Of a stretch of DNA of 18,336 bases, positions 1-7,820 are shown piece by piece; the stretch's first letter is position 1, and every line of letters starts with the position of its first letter. Source of the stretch: Candidatus Heimdallarchaeota archaeon (GTDB lineage Archaea > Asgardarchaeota > Heimdallarchaeia > JABLTI01); assembly GCA_019058275.1 (NCBI GenBank), contig JAHLVW010000114.1:1-18336 (forward strand), written 5' to 3'. Under the pieces are notes generated by a model. The model saw nothing but the letters and a program-made list of their open reading frames with translations, searched no databases and had not been told where the DNA came from. The position numbers and the translations under genes were made by a program.

Positions 1-174
1 GGCAATGAAGGTAGTTTTCTTAGTTTCAACTAAAGGTGATTTTCCTAAATGTAAATATTCGCAATTATGATTTTCTGGTAAACGGTGAACACTACAAAAC
101 GATTTGCTGCAATATTTACATTTGAAAGGTAGCATCTGAGTATTTTCGCAATCTGTAAAATCACATTTAGCCAT
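1..174 (-). CDS. AN1-type zinc finger protein (5' part only, runs off window start)
   Basis: Manual translation from ATG at 174 gives MAKCDFTDCENTQMLPFKCKYCSKSFCSVHRLPENHNCEYLHLGKSPLVETKKTTFIA with no stop. C-x4-C-x9-C-x2-C-x4-C-x2-H-x5-H-x-C is the zf-AN1 pattern, including the typical LPFxC and FCxxHRLPExHxC. Absent from the ORF track. Confidence 0.92.
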   Translation of the reverse strand, partial: MAKCDFTDCENTQMLPFKCKYCSKSFCSVHRLPENHNCEYLHLGKSPLVETKKTTFIA

Positions 175-236
175 AATATATTCTCACATTATTGGTAGAT
201 AAAAAATTTATGACCAATGCCTTTATTAAAATATAA

Positions 237-1769
237 TTAAATTGTTGCAGAGAAGATTTTATGTATAGTTTCTTTCTTTAGTAGTTCTCTTGAACATCGT
301 GTAAATTCCATTCCAGTTCTTATCAGGAACCAGACAATTGTAATCAGAATTATAGATACCCAAACCTCAACAGGAATCACTTGGGTTAATTTAAGCGCTG
401 GATTGACAATTAGTGTATAAAATGGTGTATTCTCAGATGCTGCAAGCTTGGAAAGCTCTAGAAACGTTACAGAATTCGATGCTTCAAAGAAAATCAAAGC
501 TAGTCCACTCACAATGGTTAAAATAGAATATTCAAGTAGCAAAACCAGTTTTTTACGAAGTGCAAAATAAGGCGTGAGCCATGCAAGTACTTGTATGTTA
601 ATTGCTTTGAAGCTTAAGCTAAATATGAAGAGAGGAATAAAAACAAAATTTGTTATTGTTGATAAAGGTAATGTGCCTATGCTGTTAGATCGCATATATT
701 TCTTGTATCTGAAGATATATACAAAGAAGATTATTGCATACATTATAATAAAGAGAGGTAGGTAGAGATGTTTGACAAACCAAGGTTCATCAGCGCTAGC
801 ATAAGTGTCATCAATGCCACCAATATACTTCATTTTAAATCCATTCCAAAAAATATAGATTGCATGCCAAATTGAAAATCCATAAGCTATATGCGAATCC
901 CTTAACAAAATCGCTTGTATGAACTCATTTGGTACTGTTATTAAGAATGGAAAAATTGGCAGGAAACCTAGTAACAGTCCCAGGATAAATGGAATTATGT
1001 CTTCCTTTTTCATCCAAAAAATTACAAATGGTAAGAAAATTATTCCAATATATTTTGTTGATGTACCTAATGCAGCATAAAATCCAATTCCAAACCAATT
1101 ATTCCTTTGAATGCAAAATACTACCATTGTAAAGCAAAAAATCATTAGACTATCATATCTTCCCCCACCTGTTTGTAGTATTAATGGTAAACTAAATGCA
1201 ATAAAATATCCAGCTATTAGCTTTGTTTTTCTTACATCCTCAAAAGAAAGCTCATCAATTGCTTCACCATCATAATCTCTTTTTAATTTCTCTTTTTCAA
1301 CTATCTTAATAATAGCAAATGCTATCCCAATATCCGCCACTAAATATGGAAATTTCATAAACAACCTCAAAGCGATTATGTTTCCTTTCCATGGGCAAAT
1401 AATATACATTGCAACATAAATAATGTCTACAAGTGGCATATGTGTTGATTGGATATCAACATACAATTTTTCACCTGCTAAGACTCTTTGTGCAATTTCA
1501 ATATAAAAATCAAAATCCATTCCCCAGTGAGTAAATATAATAAAAAACATTCTACTTACAATGAGAAGAAAGATGATTTGTATTTCAGGTTTTTTCCATA
1601 GATATTTGAAAAATCCACTAAATTTTGATCCTAACAAATGTCTTTGATGAAATGCAGAACCCTTTTTGTTTTCGATAATATCATTGAATTGATTTTCCAA
1701 AAATTTCTGAGAACTCCTATTACCTTTTCCATAAAATAATTCATTAAAGTTGAAATCTATTTTTCTCAA
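237..1769 (-). CDS. GT-C fold polytopic glycosyltransferase (GT87/DUF2029/PIG-M-like)
   Basis: 510 aa with about 10-12 hydrophobic segments. Acidic motif after TM1 (MDFDFY...LAGEKLY), plus KFPYLVAD, GRYDSL, TKYIGIIFLP and NIQVLAW, typical of lipid-linked-sugar transferases. TTG start with GAGGT at 1781-1777. Confidence 0.72.
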   Translation of the reverse strand: MRKIDFNFNELFYGKGNRSSQKFLENQFNDIIENKKGSAFHQRHLLGSKFSGFFKYLWKKPEIQIIFLLIVSRMFFIIFTHWGMDFDFYIEIAQRVLAGEKLYVDIQSTHMPLVDIIYVAMYIICPWKGNIIALRLFMKFPYLVADIGIAFAIIKIVEKEKLKRDYDGEAIDELSFEDVRKTKLIAGYFIAFSLPLILQTGGGRYDSLMIFCFTMVVFCIQRNNWFGIGFYAALGTSTKYIGIIFLPFVIFWMKKEDIIPFILGLLLGFLPIFPFLITVPNEFIQAILLRDSHIAYGFSIWHAIYIFWNGFKMKYIGGIDDTYASADEPWFVKHLYLPLFIIMYAIIFFVYIFRYKKYMRSNSIGTLPLSTITNFVFIPLFIFSLSFKAINIQVLAWLTPYFALRKKLVLLLEYSILTIVSGLALIFFEASNSVTFLELSKLAASENTPFYTLIVNPALKLTQVIPVEVWVSIILITIVWFLIRTGMEFTRCSRELLKKETIHKIFSATI

Positions 1770-1906
1770 ACCAATAACCTCGACACATTAATTTGGAATC
1801 CTCATGTCTATCAATGGATAATATTAACATTCAATAGTGTATTATGCTAAATCTCTATCAGAAATTTACTTTAAAAGAAGCTAAATTTGTTGATACTTGT
1901 TGAATT

Positions 1907-1940
1907 AAAAAAAAGAATGAATATGCGATAATAAATCGCA
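1907..1940 (-). terminator. Putative terminator: TGCGAT/ATCGCA hairpin followed by T8 tract
   Basis: 6-bp inverted repeat at 1924-1940, 20 nt after the stop at 1961, then 8 T on the minus strand (A8 at 1907-1914). Confidence 0.55.
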
Positions 1941-1960
1941 CTTCTTGTTTTACTGTATGT

Positions 1961-3556
1961 TTATTTCTTACGTCTTATGATAGTAATCACTGCGATACTA
2001 AGAATTGCAGGTATTGATACTAACCAAGTGTATCCTGGTATTACTCCTGTACCAAGTGGATCAGGAACTTTGTATTCTGGATTTGTTAGTAAAAGGTTCA
2101 AGTCTATTGCAATTGTACCAGCAGGAATATCTGTATAAGTATCATAGTCTGTGGTAACCTCGACATTGATATCTAGATCTAATTGTATTCCTGCGAGGTA
2201 ACCATCTTCATGATATGCTACCCAACCAGTTTGTTTAATTATTACACCAACACCCATTGACAATTGTTGTGGTGTCAAATCCTTAGCGGTTAAGTTTAAA
2301 CTTTCTGAATCAAGATCTAAATTTATATCAAATGTATTCTGCAAGTAAAAGAATTTTCTTTTCTCTATTACTTGAAATGAACCATCGATGGCGTTAATGC
2401 TAATTCCTGATGTTTCAAGGTTTGGTAAGAATCCTATCAAATCATCCAAATAAACACCAACAATTGAATCGAAGAGAAGCATATATCCGGTATAAATATC
2501 ATAATCTGCAGTTAATGCAGGGGAGATGATTGATCCTATTTGAACATCAGTTCCATTAAGCGTAGAATTTGTAGATGGAGATGAACCTAAGAATGCACTA
2601 TACAAGTAAGAACCTTGAGAGACTAATGCTTGTGTCCCAAAATCGTACATACTAACTTCTGCTTTAATATACAGTCCATGAATGGCTTCTATCACGAATT
2701 TAACGACAGTTTGTTCTTCCATAGCAAAAACAGAATCCTCATATGATTCGTAGGTTGATAGATTCAACATGGTAACAATATCACCAGTGCTAACAATATC
2801 TAAGAATGCTAAATCAGCTTGTAAAGAAATTTCATCACCAACAGCTAATTCAATGCCAAGTGTTTCTACACTATTTAAAGCAAGAACAACTTCATAATCA
2901 GTCATATCAGTTTCATAGAAGTATAGGTCATTCATTACAATGTCAGTTAAAATACCATCAGATTTTCTCCAATTTAATAGAAGATGTCCTGTACCATTAA
3001 TAAACTCCGCAATTAGAGCTTCTGCATTAATTGTTACCGTAAAGCCCATAGATTCTAACACTGTCTCATGATCAGTCCAACCATCATCAAGGAAGAATAA
3101 ACCCATAGGATTGAAGTCTCCTCCAGCAAAGTGTGGAAAACCTTCCATTGGAATTGGTGGTGTTGCCGATCCAGCGGGAATTAACATTTCAACAGATTCA
3201 TAACCTTCTCCTATTGAAATTGTTTCATCAGTGAGAAAGATTAAGCCTAAACCATAGAAGACATATTTTCCAGCGGCTCCCCCGCCAAAATCTTGATCTT
3301 CAACAGCTAGTATCTTTAAGTAAAGCTGATTACCTGATAGATCTGACACTGATATATTGTCAAGTAAATCAGGAACTGTAAAATCAGTTATATCATATTT
3401 TATTGTCATACCAGCTTCTACGCCAACATCATCACCAAAATCATTTGGAGTAATTGCTATATTCTCTATATCAGCAGAACCAATTACTCCCGATATAGGT
3501 AATAACATTAGCAGTATAACTGTCAGAACTATTATCTTGTTATACCTCAAAATCAT
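1961..3556 (-). CDS. Secreted acidic cell-surface glycoprotein with PGF/Loki/Heimdall-CTERM-like anchor
   Basis: N-terminal signal peptide (RYNK, hydrophobic stretch, IGSA), very D/E-rich body, 6 N-x-S/T sequons, and C-terminus IPGY-TWLVSIPAILSIAVITII-RRKK. AGGTGA at 3563-3558 fits in-frame TTG 3550 at least as well as ATG 3556. Confidence 0.8.
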   Translation of the reverse strand: MILRYNKIIVLTVILLMLLPISGVIGSADIENIAITPNDFGDDVGVEAGMTIKYDITDFTVPDLLDNISVSDLSGNQLYLKILAVEDQDFGGGAAGKYVFYGLGLIFLTDETISIGEGYESVEMLIPAGSATPPIPMEGFPHFAGGDFNPMGLFFLDDGWTDHETVLESMGFTVTINAEALIAEFINGTGHLLLNWRKSDGILTDIVMNDLYFYETDMTDYEVVLALNSVETLGIELAVGDEISLQADLAFLDIVSTGDIVTMLNLSTYESYEDSVFAMEEQTVVKFVIEAIHGLYIKAEVSMYDFGTQALVSQGSYLYSAFLGSSPSTNSTLNGTDVQIGSIISPALTADYDIYTGYMLLFDSIVGVYLDDLIGFLPNLETSGISINAIDGSFQVIEKRKFFYLQNTFDINLDLDSESLNLTAKDLTPQQLSMGVGVIIKQTGWVAYHEDGYLAGIQLDLDINVEVTTDYDTYTDIPAGTIAIDLNLLLTNPEYKVPDPLGTGVIPGYTWLVSIPAILSIAVITIIRRKK

Positions 3557-3683
3557 ATCACCTTTTAGTGAATAGCTTTAGCAAGTTGCAATAAACTTAC
3601 ATGCTAACCTATTATAGCTTAAAATAACTTATAAAGAGTTGCTATTAGATTTGGAAATCAAAATGCATTAAATATTTTATTTT

Positions 3684-4445
3684 CTAAGATATATCTCCTA
3701 CTTCTCGATCCCTCTTTCCTATTTTTCCTATGTTAAATCCTACAAACATTAAAACAGGACCTATTATCCAATAAATTTCAGCAACAATCCAACCAATATA
3801 TTCAAAGGTTACAGATTCTTGACTGAATATCTGTTCATATATACCACTTAATGCATAAGTCAGAACTCCTGCAACAATGAATGTAAATCCTAATATGAAA
3901 TAAAGGATTCTCCTTTTAATTAATGGATCTTCAACCTCTTTTCTTGTTCTAATAAAGAAAAAGATTGCAAAACATATCACAATAGTAGGAATAAGATAGA
4001 TAAATATCATTACCCATGGTTCTTGAGTTGTTTTTATTCCTTCAGTTGTTGGTAAACCATCCTCACTATCCCAGACTACACTATCAAAATAACTACCAAC
4101 AATGGTATTTACTAATACGCAAGCTATGAATGGTAAAAACAAATACCATTTTTTAAGATAATGTTCACCATGAAACATAGAGAAAGCTGTTGCGAAAATC
4201 AGAAAAGCAGCAACTGAAGCAGTACCGGTAACAAAATCTCTGATTAAATTTGCTCCTACTGTTGGTTCAGTATATAGAAAAGTTAAACCATTAAGTAAAA
4301 GTGAAAGTCCCCAGAAAGACAAAGCACTTGAAAAGAGAATATTCAAAAAAGCTTTAATGTCTTTTACGAGAATCAAAAAACTAACAGCTATTGCTATAAA
4401 ACCAGTAATAATATTCACATAATTTAAGGGATTATTAAAGAGCAT
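3684..4445 (-). CDS. Standalone 7-transmembrane protein (HisKA_7TM-like sensor domain without output domain)
   Basis: 253 aa with seven hydrophobic helices, a long acidic loop between TM4 and TM5, a basic loop between TM5 and TM6 (RTRKEVEDPLIKRR), and only a ~14-aa C-tail. Confidence 0.65.
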   Translation of the reverse strand: MLFNNPLNYVNIITGFIAIAVSFLILVKDIKAFLNILFSSALSFWGLSLLLNGLTFLYTEPTVGANLIRDFVTGTASVAAFLIFATAFSMFHGEHYLKKWYLFLPFIACVLVNTIVGSYFDSVVWDSEDGLPTTEGIKTTQEPWVMIFIYLIPTIVICFAIFFFIRTRKEVEDPLIKRRILYFILGFTFIVAGVLTYALSGIYEQIFSQESVTFEYIGWIVAEIYWIIGPVLMFVGFNIGKIGKRDREVGDIS

Positions 4446-4500
4446 AGCTATGACCCTTTCAGTGGTCTTTATCTGAAATTGTTTGAGATAGGATATTCTA

Positions 4501-4531
4501 ACATTTAAATAAATTGGTTTTATTTAAACGT
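4501..4531. promoter_or_regulatory. Palindrome in divergent promoter region (TTTAAATAAA-N5-TTTATTTAAA)
   Basis: Perfect 10-bp inverted repeat 4504-4513/4519-4528, 12 of 13 bp when extended. Each arm contains a TATA-like TTTAAATA. Lies between divergent genes starting at 4445 and 4632. Confidence 0.4.
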
Positions 4532-4631
4532 GAGTAGTTTTTTTGCCAAAAGTATTATTACGATGAATTTTTATTTTAGAATTATCTTTTTAAAGTTAGT
4601 ATAATAGTAGTTCACTATTGAGGGTATTACA

Positions 4632-5411
4632 ATGAGCAGAAAACTTGATTTACGAGCATTAGCTGGTTGTGTTCTAGAGACAGATGCTGATTTTGATGAA
4701 GTATATATCTTAGGTGGTTTAGTATCAAATGGTAGCTTGAATGCTAATTTAGTTGATATAAAAGGTTCTGTCAAAATTAGAGGAAGTCTTTGGGCAAACA
4801 GATTAATGATAATGGGTGGAATAAATATCGGAGAAGATGTAATAACAGAGATGGATATTGACATCAAAGGAGGAGTGGAAGTTGGTGGGAAAATTCAAGC
4901 TAGGAACATTGAAGCATTTGGTGGATTACATGCCAAAGAAGGTATAGAAGCTTCTAACATGGTTGTTAAAGGTGGAGTAAAATGCAACAACAAAATTCAT
5001 GTGGAAGGTTTAATCGACATTGCTGGTGGATTGGAAGCTCAAGGGGAAATACTAGCAGCAGAGATATCAGCAATTGGTGGTTTGGCAGCTGAAGGAAGAG
5101 TGAAAGTTGTTGGACCCATAAATGTTCGTGGTAAAGTAGAAGTCGAAGGAGATATTGAATGTGATGAGTTTATCTTTCTTATCAGTGGACCTTCCTTCAT
5201 AAATGGTAAATTACAAGCAAATCGAATTAAAATTGAACTTGATGAACATGCAAAAATGGAATCATTTATGCGCGTGGAGGAAATCGTTTCTCCTAATAAA
5301 ATAGAGATAGATTATGTTATTGCTGAACGAGTTGTATGTCCTAAAATGAAAGCAGGAGAGAATACTCGTATTAGTGAACCTATCGAAAAAGATTATGATC
5401 CAGATTATTAA
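4632..5411 (+). CDS. Bactofilin-like (polymer-forming cytoskeletal, YhbE/YhbF-type) beta-helix protein
   Basis: About 10 repeats of 17-18 aa with consensus hxhxGGhxxxxxIxA. C-terminal LQANRIKIEL...IEIDYVIAERV...GENTRI resembles the Bacillus YhbE/F tail. GAGGG upstream of the ATG. Confidence 0.7.
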   Translation: MSRKLDLRALAGCVLETDADFDEVYILGGLVSNGSLNANLVDIKGSVKIRGSLWANRLMIMGGINIGEDVITEMDIDIKGGVEVGGKIQARNIEAFGGLHAKEGIEASNMVVKGGVKCNNKIHVEGLIDIAGGLEAQGEILAAEISAIGGLAAEGRVKVVGPINVRGKVEVEGDIECDEFIFLISGPSFINGKLQANRIKIELDEHAKMESFMRVEEIVSPNKIEIDYVIAERVVCPKMKAGENTRISEPIEKDYDPDY

Positions 5412-5511
5412 TTTAAAATGAGTAAATTAGTGCTGGATTTTCTTTCTTTTTGGTACTTTAAAAATAAAATCTCTTAGTGATATTTGAATTCACATAGAGC
5501 GAGTTATTAAA

Positions 5512-6507
5512 ATGACCAGATTACTTGTTACAGGTGGGGCAGGATTCATTGGTTATCATGTCTCAAAGTACTTACTCGAGAGAGGGCTAGAAGTAGTAGT
5601 TTTTGACAATTTTTCGGATTATTATTCTCCACATTTAAAACGAATGAATGCTCATGAAATTGAAAAACTCGGAGCCAAAATCGTTGATGGTGATATTTTA
5701 AACAAAAAAGCACTTGCTTCAACGATTGAAAATGAAAGATGTAGAAGAGTTATTCATTTAGCAGCTCAGCCGGGTGTTAGATATTCAACAATAAATCCAG
5801 ATAAATCTCTACGTATTAACGTTGAAGGAACTTCTAATGTCTTGAATATTTCCAGAGAATGTAATTTGGATCGAGTTGTTGTAACTAGTTCATCTTCAGT
5901 CTTTGGTCCAACAATCTTTATGCCAATAAATGAGGAGCATCCAAAAAATCCAATGTCAGTTTATGGAGTCAGCAAGTATACAACAGAGCTTTTAGTTTCA
6001 GTTTTTAGACATTTGTACCCTGAATTTGATACAACAATAATTAGACCATTTACTGTCGTCGGAGCACGACAAAGACCAGATATGGCAATTAATAAATTTG
6101 TATCAAAAGTCATGACCAGTTCACCAATTACTGTTTTTGGAGATGGAAGTCAAACAAGAGATTGGACGCACGTTGAAAATATGGCCCAAGCATTCCATCT
6201 AGCAGCATTAAAACCAAAAGCTAAAAATCAAGACTTTAACATTGGTGCAGGATCTAGAATTTCTGTTAATGTCGTTCTTGAAATGGTTTCTCAAATAACC
6301 AACAGAGGATTATCCATTGAATATACTGAAATGAATAAAGCTGATGCTAAAGATACATTTGCAGACATCTCGAAAGCTAAGAAGTTATTAGGTTATGATC
6401 CCAAGAAAAACATCTATGATGCTATTGAAGACTTTACAGAATTTTGGTTGAAACAATTCCATAGTGAACGAATGCTAAAGCAAGAAGCACAGCCTGCTAC
6501 AATATAG
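5512..6507 (+). CDS. NAD-dependent NDP-sugar epimerase/dehydratase (UDP-glucuronate 4-epimerase-like extended SDR)
   Basis: TGGAGFIG, HLAAQPGVRYS, SSSSV, catalytic YGVSK, RPDMA and GDGSQTRD motifs. Confidence 0.92.
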   Translation: MTRLLVTGGAGFIGYHVSKYLLERGLEVVVFDNFSDYYSPHLKRMNAHEIEKLGAKIVDGDILNKKALASTIENERCRRVIHLAAQPGVRYSTINPDKSLRINVEGTSNVLNISRECNLDRVVVTSSSSVFGPTIFMPINEEHPKNPMSVYGVSKYTTELLVSVFRHLYPEFDTTIIRPFTVVGARQRPDMAINKFVSKVMTSSPITVFGDGSQTRDWTHVENMAQAFHLAALKPKAKNQDFNIGAGSRISVNVVLEMVSQITNRGLSIEYTEMNKADAKDTFADISKAKKLLGYDPKKNIYDAIEDFTEFWLKQFHSERMLKQEAQPATI

Positions 6508-6576
6508 AATTCAATTAACAAACAAAACTGTTGGAATATGAAGTATGGATGCAATCGATTATAGGACTGGACAAAA

Positions 6577-7755
6577 TTGACAGATGATCTGTATGACAAT
6601 GCAATTACACATCAAGCAAATTTCGAAATAGATGCTTCATTTGATCCAGAGGAAAAGATTGTCATACCTAAGCTAAAATGGAACAAAGTAATCACCATTT
6701 CTGAAACAATGCCTAAGAATGATTGGTTTAAAAGAAATTGGAAATACATAATGGGAATAGTTATAACATTTGGATTAATGGGGTATTTGATTTGGAGAAG
6801 TAAACCAATAGCTATTTGGGAAACTCTTGTTGAATCCAACTACTTATTGATACTCTCATCATTTGGTGGAACAATTATCCTGTTTTTAATTAAAACCCTC
6901 AGATGGAAAGCGATTCTTAAAACACAAGGAATAAACATACCATTTTTCCAAGTTCTAGATCTAGTTTTTATCGGTGCATTTGGGTCCTCAATAACACCAG
7001 CAAAAGTAGGAGATATATTGAGAGCTGTTTATTTAACAAAAAGAGAGAAAAATGCAAAAATGGGAACTGCAGTATTCTCAGTTGTTTTTGATAGAATATT
7101 AGATTTTGTTGGAATATTTATCATAATTGGAATATCTGCTCCATTTATTTTATTGAGATTTGATAATATTGATTGGAAAATTCCTTTAGGATTAGCTGTC
7201 GGTTTTGTAATTTTTGTAGTTCTCACAATTGCAGTTTTCAGTGAAAGGATAACTAAACCTATACTTAGATTTGTTGTCAAATTTATTTCCAAAGTCTTTA
7301 GAAATCAAGAAGCTAAAGACAAAATTAGTTTGAATTCAAATGAAATAATTGATGATTTCTTTACTGGACAGAAGAATTGCAAAATTAAAAATTATCTTTT
7401 GTTGGGATTTCTATCAGTTTTGTTTTGGCTAATACTTGGTTTACAAGGATTTTTACTATTGAAAGGATTTCGAGTAGAGAATGTTAATCCTCTTGTAATT
7501 ATTTCAGTACTTTGTATTGCAGCAATAGTTGCTACTGGAATTCCTACAAGCATTGCTGGTATAGGTATTAGGGATTTTGTAATTGTCACCTTGCTACATC
7601 TAATCTTAGGAATAAGTGATGCACATGCAATTAGCTTATCAATGATTCAGACATTTCTCAATGTTATGATTCCAGGTTTGATTGGTGGTATTCTTATATT
7701 AAGAAGCAGAAGTTCTAAAGATGATCTAAAACCAAAACAGATTGCTTTTTCTTAA
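6577..7755 (+). CDS. UPF0104 / LPG_synthase_TM flippase-like membrane protein
   Basis: About 8-9 TM helices with family motifs LRW, TPAKVGDILRA, FDRILD and PTSIAGIGIRD. Start uncertain (TTG 6577 or ATG 6709). Confidence 0.85.
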   Translation: MTDDLYDNAITHQANFEIDASFDPEEKIVIPKLKWNKVITISETMPKNDWFKRNWKYIMGIVITFGLMGYLIWRSKPIAIWETLVESNYLLILSSFGGTIILFLIKTLRWKAILKTQGINIPFFQVLDLVFIGAFGSSITPAKVGDILRAVYLTKREKNAKMGTAVFSVVFDRILDFVGIFIIIGISAPFILLRFDNIDWKIPLGLAVGFVIFVVLTIAVFSERITKPILRFVVKFISKVFRNQEAKDKISLNSNEIIDDFFTGQKNCKIKNYLLLGFLSVLFWLILGLQGFLLLKGFRVENVNPLVIISVLCIAAIVATGIPTSIAGIGIRDFVIVTLLHLILGISDAHAISLSMIQTFLNVMIPGLIGGILILRSRSSKDDLKPKQIAFS

Positions 7756-7758
7756 GAT

Positions 7759-7799
7759 AAAAAAAAGAGATGAAAAGCATGAAAACAGAAGTTTCATGC
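7759..7799 (-). terminator. Putative terminator of the hydrogenase operon (possibly bidirectional)
   Basis: 8-bp inverted repeat GCATGAAA(7777-7784)/TTTCATGC(7792-7799) between convergent stops, followed on the minus strand by TTTTCATCTC-T8. Confidence 0.65.
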
Positions 7800-7820
7800 A
7801 ATTTCTTATTCTATATGCTT

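Noticed and set aside
3684-4445. Microbial rhodopsin or heliorhodopsin
   Set aside because: No retinal-binding Lys in helix 7 and no DxxxK/SxxxK motif.
4700-5160. Recurrent GGTGG/GGAGG words as a DNA repeat or CRISPR array
   Set aside because: They are Gly-Gly codons of the protein's beta-helix repeat. There is no identical nucleotide repeat with spacers.
6505-6579. Epimerase and flippase are in the same frame, separated only by two TAG codons (6505, 6562), suggesting readthrough or pyrrolysine fusion
   Set aside because: A shared frame occurs 1 time in 3 by chance, both proteins are complete alone, the linker is not protein-like, and TAG is a normal stop for several other genes here.
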